Positions 33,798 through 42,107 of a DNA stretch of 50,290 nt are shown here, piece after piece. The translations under genes were made by a program, and so were the position numbers. The DNA is taken from positions 1-50,290 of the forward strand of contig JAHFNJ010000007.1 in NCBI GenBank assembly GCA_023267375.1. Direction: 5' to 3'. A model generated the notes under the pieces. The model was not told the DNA's origin. It made no database searches and saw only the letters and a program-made list of their open reading frames with translations. This stretch comes from Candidatus Nomurabacteria bacterium. GTDB lineage: Bacteria > Patescibacteriota > Minisyncoccia > Phycocordibacterales > UBA9973. Every line of letters begins with the position of its first letter. The stretch's first letter is position 1.

Positions 33798-34532
33798 ATG
33801 AAAAATTCAATATTCTTACTACTAGTAGTTATTTCTACTAAACTCTTCGGCTTCACCTTTGACCCGTCATCACTTAAAGTAAATCAAAAGTCTACGACTA
33901 AGGAGGGAACTGAGTTACCTATCACTGTGAAGCGGTCTCATTTGAGAGGTGTTCCCGTTTTCCCTAACGATTCAACCTGGCAAATAGTTTCTCGTTTTAC
34001 TGAATGCGCGTTGCATTTACATGAGGAAGGACCAATCCCACCACTGCTTCGTGGGTACGAACATCAGGATTTTATAAAGATGGTACTCAAATACCGTGAC
34101 AGCGTCTTTATTTTTTCTGAAAAAAGGAAAAGAGCAACTGGTGCACTTTTCCCATTTCTTGAAACGGGGGACAGTGTTGCGACGACGACGGTGGCCTTTG
34201 TCTCACCTGTAGGTTTAAACCCAGTCACTAATCCATCAGTATTTGAAAAAAATACACGTCAAATGTGGTTGCGTATAGGATTCTTTATACTATTCGGCAT
34301 TTTTTCCGCAATTCTTTCAGTGAAGTATTCTTCAAAACTGGTTTCCTTGATACCGCTCGTTTTTCTTGCTGTTGTAGCACCGATTGGCATATTCAGTGGC
34401 AGTTTACATGTTTTTGGTTTTGAACAAGGAGTTGCGTATGCGGGGGCATTCCTTATGTGGTATATGGTGGGGTATCTCCCCGGCGTATTCATTATTCCGG
34501 TGTTTTACTCCAAGCGTGTAGAAATAGCATAA
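33798..34532 (+). CDS. Hypothetical protein: signal peptide, soluble domain, three C-terminal TM segments
   Basis: 244-aa ORF from MKNSIF; no family recognised. Confidence 0.7.
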   Translation: MKNSIFLLLVVISTKLFGFTFDPSSLKVNQKSTTKEGTELPITVKRSHLRGVPVFPNDSTWQIVSRFTECALHLHEEGPIPPLLRGYEHQDFIKMVLKYRDSVFIFSEKRKRATGALFPFLETGDSVATTTVAFVSPVGLNPVTNPSVFEKNTRQMWLRIGFFILFGIFSAILSVKYSSKLVSLIPLVFLAVVAPIGIFSGSLHVFGFEQGVAYAGAFLMWYMVGYLPGVFIIPVFYSKRVEIA

Positions 34533-34548
34533 GTAGTAAATGAAAATG

Positions 34549-34582
34549 AAAAAGGCATCCGTTGATTGACGGGTGCCTTTTT
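34549..34582. terminator. Bidirectional terminator
   Basis: AAAAAGGCATCCGT-tgattg-ACGGGTGCCTTTTT. Confidence 0.8.
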
Positions 34583-34587
34583 GTTAT

Positions 34588-35169
34588 CTATTTTTGTCCC
34601 AAAATTTTGAGTGCTTCTTTGACACGAGCGGAAGTACTCATGACATCGCTTGGAATTTCTTTGAGTGCATCGCGTGCTTCGTTTTGCGAGTAGCCCAATG
34701 ATTTTAATGCTTCGAGTGCATCAAGCTCGCCTTTATGTTCGCCGTTTTCAGATTTGTGTCCGAGTGCCGAGAGTTTGTCACGCAGTTCAATAACAATTTT
34801 TTCTGCAGTCTTTTTTCCGATGCCAGAAATTTTGGTGAGGTAGGAAGTATCGCCTGAGCCGATAGCGCGCTTCAGTGTTTCAATCGGAGCGACACTGATG
34901 ATCGTAAGTCCCGAGCGGGGACCGATGCCCGAGATATCAATGAGCATTTCAAAAAAGTGCAGTTCCTCAATATCTGCAAAACCGAAAAGTTCCATTGAGT
35001 TCTCGCGTACAGCAAGGTGGGTCCAGAGGGTTACTTTCTCCTCGTTCTTTCGATGAATGTCTGCTAAGAGGTTTGTCGAGACAAATACTTGGTAGCCGAC
35101 GCCACCGACGTCGACGACGATATATTTGTCAGTCGCCAGGGCGATGGTGCCTGAAATTCGTGAGATCAT
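34588..35169 (-). CDS. ruvA: Holliday junction branch migration protein RuvA
   Basis: VVDVGGVGY, HLAVREN...LFGF, ISGIGPR, ISGIGKKTAEKI..EL, ALKSLGY. Confidence 0.97.
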   Translation of the reverse strand: MISRISGTIALATDKYIVVDVGGVGYQVFVSTNLLADIHRKNEEKVTLWTHLAVRENSMELFGFADIEELHFFEMLIDISGIGPRSGLTIISVAPIETLKRAIGSGDTSYLTKISGIGKKTAEKIVIELRDKLSALGHKSENGEHKGELDALEALKSLGYSQNEARDALKEIPSDVMSTSARVKEALKILGQK

Positions 35170-35206
35170 TTTTCTAGTATACCGTACTCCTCCTTTTTAG
35201 GAGAGT

Positions 35207-35235
35207 TTGACACGTGTGGTAATTTACTGTATAAA
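35207..35235 (+). promoter_or_regulatory. Sigma70 promoter of the 86-aa orphan gene
   Basis: TTGACA-17 nt-TATAAA. Confidence 0.55.
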
Positions 35236-35253
35236 TAAGCAAAAAGAATTCAC

Positions 35254-35514
35254 ATGGGAGATTATCTGAAATTACCAAAAGGCCCTCGCTGCATACAGTA
35301 TGATGTTGAAACAGGTCGCTACTATTTGGAATGTAGCTGCAAGGAAAAGATATTTAGTAAATCAACGCAAGAATTTCAGGGAGATGACAGTGTAGAACTC
35401 GGGGCTGTATCTTCTGAGGTGGTGCGAATGATTGAAGACTATAATGATCATCAGATTGGATGCCGTGTTGCACGGAAAGGGTTGAAGCTTATTGGTAGAA
35501 AAAAAGGCTATTAG
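35254..35514 (+). CDS. Hypothetical protein (86 aa), possibly Zn-binding
   Basis: Own promoter and terminator hairpin (AAAAGGCTA...TAGCCTTTT); C-x-C and H-x-x-x-C motifs. Confidence 0.55.
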   Translation: MGDYLKLPKGPRCIQYDVETGRYYLECSCKEKIFSKSTQEFQGDDSVELGAVSSEVVRMIEDYNDHQIGCRVARKGLKLIGRKKGY

Positions 35515-35658
35515 ATGAATATCTGGTAGCCTTTTAACTTGCCAAATATAGTCATTTCTGGTATATTCTGTCTGTTCAATTCTACGGCTGTGTCTCGGTC
35601 TTTGGGTTGATCCTGGTCTTAATTTTTAACTTTTATTTTTTAATTTTAAATTTAAAAC

Positions 35659-35910
35659 ATGCCAATTACACGTTCAGCTAAAAAAGCTCTCCGCGGATCT
35701 GCTCGCAAGAAAGTCTTGAATGATCGCCGCAAAAAGACAATGAAAGAAGCGATCAAGAAGGTTGAAAAGCTCGCAAAAGAAAAGAGTAAAGACACAAAGA
35801 CTGCACTCTCTACCGCTTTCCAAGCTATCGACAAAGCTGCAAAGATCGGAGCAATTAAGAAAAATAATGCTTCTCGCAAGAAATCTCGTCTCGCTCGAAT
35901 CACGAAATAA
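35659..35910 (+). CDS. rpsT: 30S ribosomal protein S20
   Basis: MPITRSAKKALR...IDKAAK.G.IKKNNASRKKSRL. Confidence 0.97.
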   Translation: MPITRSAKKALRGSARKKVLNDRRKKTMKEAIKKVEKLAKEKSKDTKTALSTAFQAIDKAAKIGAIKKNNASRKKSRLARITK

Positions 35911-35919
35911 TGTCCAATC

Positions 35920-35945
35920 AAAAATCGCCCTTTAGGGCGATTTTT
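35920..35945 (+). terminator. Intrinsic terminator after rpsT
   Basis: AAAAATCGCCC-ttta-GGGCGATTTTT. Confidence 0.85.
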
Positions 35946-36053
35946 GTTATACTCAATTTATGAATCCGGTAGTAGAAAATGACATCGCCGGAGGCATTGA
36001 GAGACAAGAAAATTTTTAAGAAATACAGTTTGAGTATTATTACTTAATAAATA

Positions 36054-36596
36054 ATGGCAGAATCAATAATGTCATTTTTCACTAACCGGATGAATCAACA
36101 AATGCAAAAATCATCAATATTGTTTATTGCTTTCACGCTTATTGTTATCGCGTTATTAGGCTTTTTTATTATTCAGCACAATGAAACAATCGAGACTCCT
36201 CCTGTAACAACAAATAACAACACTCCACCGGCAGTTACCACGACAAGTAATTGCGGCCTTTCTGTTGTAAGTCCTCTGCCAAACACAACGGTAACATTTC
36301 CGCTTATGGTACAAGCTGTTGTCGATAATACGCAGATGGCAACACTCGGTTGTTCTTGGACTGTATTTGAAGCCCAGGCTGGTGTTGTTAAGGTGTACGA
36401 TATAAACAATATCCAAGTCGGTTTTGGCATTCTTGCTACAACAGGGAACTGGATGACGACATCACCGGTTAATTATTCTGCAACAGTTACTCTCACTGGT
36501 ACTCCAGCAACAAACGCGCTGACGCTTGTGTTTGAAGAGGAAGATCCATCAGGCAACGGTAATATTGATATCGTATCTATACCAGTAACACTCTAA
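36054..36596 (+). CDS. Membrane-anchored Gmad2-like (Ig-like) domain protein
   Basis: TM helix, then V.SP.PN..V..P, W..FEAQAG.V, WMT..PV, EDPSG. The true start may be a downstream ATG. Confidence 0.65.
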   Translation: MAESIMSFFTNRMNQQMQKSSILFIAFTLIVIALLGFFIIQHNETIETPPVTTNNNTPPAVTTTSNCGLSVVSPLPNTTVTFPLMVQAVVDNTQMATLGCSWTVFEAQAGVVKVYDINNIQVGFGILATTGNWMTTSPVNYSATVTLTGTPATNALTLVFEEEDPSGNGNIDIVSIPVTL

Positions 36597-36601
36597 ATTA
36601 T

Positions 36602-36859
36602 ATGTCGCACTTACTTGAATTCTATGGAGACGAATGTCCGCATTGCGTAAAAATGCGCGCGTTGACTGAGCAGCTCGAAAAAGAAAAAAATGTGACCATT
36701 GATCGCTTTGAAGTATGGCATGATGAAGAAAATGTAAAGAAAATGGAAGAACTCGATAAGGAGCCGTGCGGCGGAGTACCTTTTTTCATTAATACGAAAA
36801 CAGGTAAGACGATCTGCGGGGAAGCGACTTATAAAGAACTTGTGAAGTGGGCAGAATAA
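36602..36859 (+). CDS. Small thioredoxin/glutaredoxin-like protein
   Basis: FYG.ECPHC, CGGVPFF..KTG..ICG. Confidence 0.85.
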   Translation: MSHLLEFYGDECPHCVKMRALTEQLEKEKNVTIDRFEVWHDEENVKKMEELDKEPCGGVPFFINTKTGKTICGEATYKELVKWAE

Positions 36860-36862
36860 TAC

Positions 36863-37432
36863 ATGGATATATTTGCACATACGCTTTGGACAGCAGCTCT
36901 TGCCAAAGGAGCGAATACAAATAAAAAGGTAATTGAGAAGAACACAAAGCCACTTCGTGTTGGCTGGGCAGCGTTTTTTGGTGTGGCGCCGGATCTGTTT
37001 GCATTTAGTCCGGTATTTTTTGTGGCATTTTTCATGCTGATTTCCGGAAAGATTTCTTTTGGAGAATTTGGAAACCACCATGGACTTAGCGCTCTTGAAG
37101 CAATGCCTTCATGGCTTGATCCGTCCGGGCTCTATCACATAAGCCATAGCGTAGTTATTTTTCTCGCTGTATTCCTTGTCGTCTGGGCAATTCGCCGGAG
37201 ACCTTACTACGAAATGATGGGGTGGCTGCTCCATATTCTTATCGATATTCCTTCGCATGCGGCTAGTTTTTATCCGACACCGTTTTTATGGCCACTCTCT
37301 GACTATCGATTTCTCCACGGTGTTTCTTGGGCGAACCCGACGTATATGATCATCAACTATAGTCTGCTGGTCATTGTGTGGGTCTACTTTTTAGTAAAGA
37401 GAAAAAAGGTACAAGAAAAAACCTCGCTTTAA
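36863..37432 (+). CDS. Membrane-bound metal-dependent hydrolase-like protein (YdjM-like)
   Basis: H-TLW, APDL, HS.V, HILIDIPSH, FLWPLS motifs. Confidence 0.65.
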   Translation: MDIFAHTLWTAALAKGANTNKKVIEKNTKPLRVGWAAFFGVAPDLFAFSPVFFVAFFMLISGKISFGEFGNHHGLSALEAMPSWLDPSGLYHISHSVVIFLAVFLVVWAIRRRPYYEMMGWLLHILIDIPSHAASFYPTPFLWPLSDYRFLHGVSWANPTYMIINYSLLVIVWVYFLVKRKKVQEKTSL

Positions 37433-37446
37433 AGCGAGGTTTTTTC
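37415..37446. terminator. Bidirectional terminator
   Basis: GAAAAAACCTCGCT-tta-A-AGCGAGGTTTTTTC (perfect-arm hairpin). Confidence 0.85.
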
Positions 37447-37454
37447 GTTATGTT

Positions 37455-38252
37455 TTATTGATACTTGCGAATCTCGTCGCGCAGCTTCTGTGCTTCTTCT
37501 TTTGGATTGTCTGAGAATATTATTCCACGAGCGGAGTTGATGATGAGTCCGCGTCCAGCGCTATTTTTACCAGCCTCCATAACTTCCTCGACGCTGCCGC
37601 CTTGTGCGCCAATGCCAGGGACGAGAAATGTCATATCACCGACGAGTGAGCGTACTTTCTTCATTTCTTCTGGATACGTAGCGCCGACAACGAGCATGCA
37701 GTTGTTTTTTTTATTCCATTTGGTAGCGACTGATTCGGCGACTATCTGCCACATCGTTTTTCCATCTGATTGGATATCCTGAAATTCAGGCGAGCCTGGA
37801 TTTGAAGTACGGCAGAGAATAATCGATGCCTTATCAGCTCTGTCGAGAAACGGTTGCAGTGCTTCTTGTCCCAGGTAGGGGTGAAGAGTAATAGAGTCAA
37901 AACCCATCCAATCAAACACTGACTGCACGTAGCCATTATTGGTATTGCCAATATCGGCACGCTTTGCGTCATCGATCGTGACGATGTCTTGGTGCTTTTC
38001 AATGAGATAATCCATTGTCATTTTAAGCTCACGCATACCCTGGTCACCACGGGCTTCATAGAAAGCACTGTTTAGTTTATATGATGCTGTAAATTCATGT
38101 GTTTCCTCAATAATCCACTTATTGAATTCAAACTGTGGGTGTTCCATCTCTAAGAACCGTTCTGGGATTTTAGCTATATCCGCATCGAGTCCAACACAGA
38201 CAAGAGAGTTGATTTCCTTTGCGCGCTTATCAAATTTTTCGATAATGTTCAT
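37455..38252 (-). CDS. pyrF: Orotidine-5'-phosphate decarboxylase
   Basis: VCVGLD, DAKRADIGNT, CRTSNPG, LVVGATYP, LVPGIGAQGG, INSARGII. Confidence 0.95.
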   Translation of the reverse strand: MNIIEKFDKRAKEINSLVCVGLDADIAKIPERFLEMEHPQFEFNKWIIEETHEFTASYKLNSAFYEARGDQGMRELKMTMDYLIEKHQDIVTIDDAKRADIGNTNNGYVQSVFDWMGFDSITLHPYLGQEALQPFLDRADKASIILCRTSNPGSPEFQDIQSDGKTMWQIVAESVATKWNKKNNCMLVVGATYPEEMKKVRSLVGDMTFLVPGIGAQGGSVEEVMEAGKNSAGRGLIINSARGIIFSDNPKEEAQKLRDEIRKYQ

Positions 38253-38253
38253 T

Positions 38254-38886
38254 TTATTTCTGGGTTGATTGTGCCTCCAAGAATTTTTTTCCATGGCCGA
38301 CTTTTGTATTTATTGGGATACCATTTTTGCAAAGAGGGCACACTGAAGCTTCGTACACGTCAACAACATAGTTACTCAGAGCATCAAAGGGTGCTCCCAT
38401 TGTTTCGGTTGTTACTTGGTCAGGATTTTTATTTACCATGACACATACTCCTATAATATTTCCACCGCTCGCTTTTACTGTGTTAATCACTTTTGCAACA
38501 GACCCTCCGGTGACTGCGATGTCTTCAATTACCAGAACATTTTTCCCTTTTACAAAAGAGTCATAACCTCGAGTGAATACCTGGTCTTTTTCAGCATTCT
38601 TTTCTGTGTACACACCGAATATTTCTTTACCTTTCAGTTTTGATAAATGGTAGGCAGTCCATTGGGATAAGATAATACCACCCAAAGCAGGTGCTACAAC
38701 TACATCAATATCTTTGTCTTTATATTTTTCTGCGAATAATAATCCGACATCTGATGTTTCTTGTGTGTGTGGGTAGAGTGCATCTTTGTTCACATAGGTA
38801 TCAAAGTGTAATCCTGACGTTCCGACAAAATGACTATCAGGAATTATTGCCCCTACTTTTTTTAGGATTGTAATGATATCACTCAT
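38254..38886 (-). CDS. pyrE: Orotate phosphoribosyltransferase
   Basis: HF...SG.H...YV.K, APALGGI, PRPP loop VLVIEDIAVTGGS. Confidence 0.92.
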   Translation of the reverse strand: MSDIITILKKVGAIIPDSHFVGTSGLHFDTYVNKDALYPHTQETSDVGLLFAEKYKDKDIDVVVAPALGGIILSQWTAYHLSKLKGKEIFGVYTEKNAEKDQVFTRGYDSFVKGKNVLVIEDIAVTGGSVAKVINTVKASGGNIIGVCVMVNKNPDQVTTETMGAPFDALSNYVVDVYEASVCPLCKNGIPINTKVGHGKKFLEAQSTQK

Positions 38887-38887
38887 A

Positions 38888-39982
38888 TTATTGAATACTT
38901 ACTTTTAATTTTAAAATCTTTTCTTTGATTTCCTGTGCTAAGTATGGATTCCACATGGCACCGGTTGCGCTCATGACAGAATCTGCGCCTGTTTCTACGT
39001 ACTCAGTGTAATCTTCTGGGACAGTCACGCCACCGACACCTTCGATTGAGAATGTATAATTGTTTTCTTTTTTAATTTGCGCCAAGCGTTTTACCATCTC
39101 AACCCCAGCCCATTTAATAGTTGCACCACAGACACCAGAACGGAGGCGAAGGGGGCTACCTGGAAGGGCTTGTTCGCCTTTATCATTGCGTACCTCAGCT
39201 TGGAGTGTGTTGATCGCAGAAATACCGTTTGCGTATTTTTGTACTGCAGCTGCAATTTTCTGGAGTGAATCGTTATTATCAAAATAGCCGACTTTCACAA
39301 TGAGTGGCGTATCGCCAATTGTCTCACGGATAGCTTTCAGCACTTGTTCGGTGACGGGAACGTTGTAGCAAACCAAACCCTCGTTGCCGATGTTTGGGCA
39401 GGAGAGATTTACTTCAAGAATTGGAGCTCCGGTTTCTTTTGAGAGTTTGGCAGCGAGTGCGAAGTCATCGATCAGTTCTTGCTGCGTCTGATTTGGTTTT
39501 ACTGTGCCCATGAAAGAGAGGACAAGCACCTGCCCTTTGCCTGTGTACGAAAGAGCTTTTTTCACATCTTCTTGCCACACAGCTGCTTCCTTTGAAGGCA
39601 CACCAAACGAGTTCGTAATAGAAAGTGGTTCGTGATAATTCGTGTCGGCAATGAGAGCACTTTTCATTTTCTCTGGAGTAAGATCGCCATCAACTTTTAC
39701 TGAGAGAACATTTGGCCATGGGTGGCAGGGGAATGTGCCAGAGCGGACTGTTTTGTACACAACGACATCAAATCCTTTTTCGAACGCGCCTTTGACGAAA
39801 TTGCTATTCAAAATGGGGCCGGCCGGAATACCAAGTGGTGCATATACTTTGTGTCCGTAAAAGTCATATGTTGGTTCGCCTTCCGTGATGACTTTCTTCC
39901 CGTCAGCAAATCCGCCGAATGGACCTTGCGCATAATTGTCATCGTATGACTTTTCTGGATCGTAAAATGGTATGTGGAGCAT
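38888..39982 (-). CDS. pyrD: Dihydroorotate dehydrogenase-like flavoprotein
   Basis: GIPAGP, YKTVR, EVNLSCPN active-site loop, VKVG, AINT, SGVCG..IK, GVGGV; sits inside the pyr cluster. Confidence 0.82.
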   Translation of the reverse strand: MLHIPFYDPEKSYDDNYAQGPFGGFADGKKVITEGEPTYDFYGHKVYAPLGIPAGPILNSNFVKGAFEKGFDVVVYKTVRSGTFPCHPWPNVLSVKVDGDLTPEKMKSALIADTNYHEPLSITNSFGVPSKEAAVWQEDVKKALSYTGKGQVLVLSFMGTVKPNQTQQELIDDFALAAKLSKETGAPILEVNLSCPNIGNEGLVCYNVPVTEQVLKAIRETIGDTPLIVKVGYFDNNDSLQKIAAAVQKYANGISAINTLQAEVRNDKGEQALPGSPLRLRSGVCGATIKWAGVEMVKRLAQIKKENNYTFSIEGVGGVTVPEDYTEYVETGADSVMSATGAMWNPYLAQEIKEKILKLKVSIQ

Positions 39983-39995
39983 TTTTTAATTAAAG

Positions 39996-41033
39996 TTAAT
40001 TAGTAACTATTTTCCCATTCTCAACAATTTTTTTACCACGAATGACAACAGTTTCTGGTTTGCCGTAGAGCGTCATGCCTTCAAAAGGGGACCAGCCACA
40101 TTTTGTTTCGTACGGCGGAGTGACAACGTACTCTTTGTCTGGATCGAGCTCTATATATGTATCTCCCTGATCTGGAATATTAAAAATTTGTTTTGGCATG
40201 GAGTAGAGGAGCTTTGTCACTTGTTCTTTTTGGATGCGACCGTCCTTAACTCCTTTGAAAAGAAGTCCGACAGCAGTTTCGAGTCCTGGTACACCGAAGG
40301 CTGGCTGCTCCTTTTCCTTTTCTTCGCGAGTGTGTGGTGCATGGTCGGTCTCAACGATATCAATTGTGCCATCGTTGATCCCTACCCAAAGTGCGTCCAT
40401 ATCTTCTTGGGTGCCAAGTGGCGGTTTCATCATGGCGTAGCCTTTCAATTTTTCTCGCGCGTCACCAGTCATGTAGAGGTGGTGTGGACAGACACCAGCG
40501 GTGACTGGTTGACCGCTGGCTTTCGCCTTGCGGACGAGTTCCACTTCGATTGCTTGTGAGATATGACAGACATGCAAACGTCGTTGATACTTGAGTGCGA
40601 ATGCGAGCGCCATTTCAAGTTGCGCCCCTTCAGCGTGCACGAGAATCGGTTTTAAAGAATTCCACGCAGAGAATACTTTGTCGAGAAGGTCTTTATCCTC
40701 GATCAACATTTCTCCGGTAGTGTGGTTGCAGTAGAGTTTGAGCCCGAAGACCGAAGGGGAATCCCAGATTTTTGCGAACTCTTCGGTGTTGTGACCGTTT
40801 GTGCCGAAATGAAATCCGATATCGCAGAGCGCTTTCTTTGAAAGATCAACTTTTTCTTCAAGGCGCTCCTTTGTGATAGTTGGTGTTGGATTGTTTGGCA
40901 TGTCGACCATGAACGTAAAACCGCCGGCAATTGCAGCACGGGAACCTGTATAAAAATCCTCTTTATGAGTCGCGCCCGGCTCGCGTAGATGTACGTGTAC
41001 ATCAATGAACCCCGGGAATCGTTCGATAGACAT
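39996..41033 (-). CDS. pyrC: Dihydroorotase
   Basis: PGFIDVHVHLREPG, DMPNNP, HVCHIS, PHHL, KPPL, ETDHAPH, GVPGLET. Confidence 0.93.
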   Translation of the reverse strand: MSIERFPGFIDVHVHLREPGATHKEDFYTGSRAAIAGGFTFMVDMPNNPTPTITKERLEEKVDLSKKALCDIGFHFGTNGHNTEEFAKIWDSPSVFGLKLYCNHTTGEMLIEDKDLLDKVFSAWNSLKPILVHAEGAQLEMALAFALKYQRRLHVCHISQAIEVELVRKAKASGQPVTAGVCPHHLYMTGDAREKLKGYAMMKPPLGTQEDMDALWVGINDGTIDIVETDHAPHTREEKEKEQPAFGVPGLETAVGLLFKGVKDGRIQKEQVTKLLYSMPKQIFNIPDQGDTYIELDPDKEYVVTPPYETKCGWSPFEGMTLYGKPETVVIRGKKIVENGKIVTN

Positions 41034-41127
41034 ATATAGTACAGAGCTTATCATTTTTAGGGGTGGTGGCAAAGGGCACGCCCTTGCTAAATCTCAATTT
41101 TAGTGTAGATTAGTAAGGTGTTTAGAA

Positions 41128-41199
41128 GGCTCCGTCGTTCAATGGATAGGACGTAACTTTGCGGAAGTTATGATGCAGGTTCGATTCCTGCCGGAGTCA
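41128..41199 (+). tRNA. tRNA-Arg (anticodon GCG)
   Basis: GGCTCCG/CGGAGTC acceptor, TAACT-TTGCGGA-AGTTA anticodon arm, GCAGG-TTCGATT-CCTGC T-arm; CCA not encoded. Confidence 0.92.
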
Positions 41200-41409
41200 C
41201 TAGTACAAAAATGAGCCGTCTCGAAAGAGGCGGCCATTTTTGTTTAGTGACTCCGAGCGAGCAAACTGCTTTGCTCGCGTGCAGGAATCGAACAGCGGAG
41301 TCATGTTTTGCAAGCTTGCAAAACAGACGAGCTGGTGCCCAGACAAAACTTTTTGACGAAAAAGTTTTAGTCGAGGGCGATAAGCGTACTCGCGGTCCTG
41401 CCGGAGTCA
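41200..41409 (+). repeat. tRNA-Arg-linked mirror element
   Basis: Inverted copy of the tRNA 3' half (41245-41255 plus 41281-41293) split by a 25-nt hairpin; 51-nt core 41294-41344; sense copy TCCTGCCGGAGTCA at 41396-41409. Confidence 0.85.
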
Positions 41410-41418
41410 TCAGGGCTT

Positions 41419-41446
41419 CAAAAAAGCGCCCTCGGGCGCTTTTTTG
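41419..41446. terminator. Bidirectional terminator
   Basis: CAAAAAAGCGCC-ctcg-GGCGCTTTTTTG. Confidence 0.85.
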
Positions 41447-41460
41447 GATTCTATTTAAAT

Positions 41461-41925
41461 TTAAAATCCTAAGAAATCCATGATTCGATGTGACGCAGGT
41501 TCATCCATTTCTCGTTCTTTCATTTTTTTAAGAAGTGAGGTCTGGACCCGTTTCCAGTCAGCATTTCCTAGGGGGAGTGTGACGAGAGGCATAAACATGC
41601 GATCTGTTTCGAGGATAAGCTTGGGTTTGCGGTCTTTTGCAACAATTGCAAAACTTTTTATATGTTTGTAGTCATACGTGTAATGACTCACTTTCACACC
41701 ACGTTCAGTTATTTCAAAAGTCACTATTTGTGGCTTGCGGACACTATAGACAACAAGAAGTGAGACAGCAACCACAATGAAAACAGCAAAAAGAAAATTG
41801 CCGTAGATGATCGAAGCAACAACGGTACAAATTCCGATAATCCCAAGTGCCCAAAACCAGTCGGGCGACTTTGGTCGATCCTCATATTCAAGTGCTTCCC
41901 AGCTGATATGATCTCCAAATTGCAT
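41461..41925 (-). CDS. Membrane protein, DUF5673-like
   Basis: ISWEALEYEDRPKSPDWFW, two TM segments, then a PH-like soluble domain. Confidence 0.65.
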   Translation of the reverse strand: MQFGDHISWEALEYEDRPKSPDWFWALGIIGICTVVASIIYGNFLFAVFIVVAVSLLVVYSVRKPQIVTFEITERGVKVSHYTYDYKHIKSFAIVAKDRKPKLILETDRMFMPLVTLPLGNADWKRVQTSLLKKMKEREMDEPASHRIMDFLGF

Positions 41926-42107
41926 ATGTATATGATATCAAACTCTGTTTGCAAATACTAACGATAGCGTCTTTGTAAAATAAAATATATTCACTCGTAC
42001 CTTATCCACACGACAGGTAGGCCTTCGTCGTCTAGGGGAGTATACTTTTACTATCACTCTATGAAACATAGGGTCCGCTCGTTTTACAAATTAATTGGAA
42101 ATATAGT

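Noticed and set aside
41200-41409. Prophage or ICE integrated at tRNA-Arg (14-bp direct repeat as attL/attR)
   Set aside because: Only about 200 bp lie between the repeats, there is no integrase, and the same layout recurs at the other tRNAs; treated as part of the mirror element.
41168-41483. ORFs of 80 aa (-) and 90 aa (+) over tRNA-Arg and its trailer; likewise 45141-45383 and 31746-31955
   Set aside because: They overlap tRNAs and GC-rich palindromes that lack stops by chance; no protein features.
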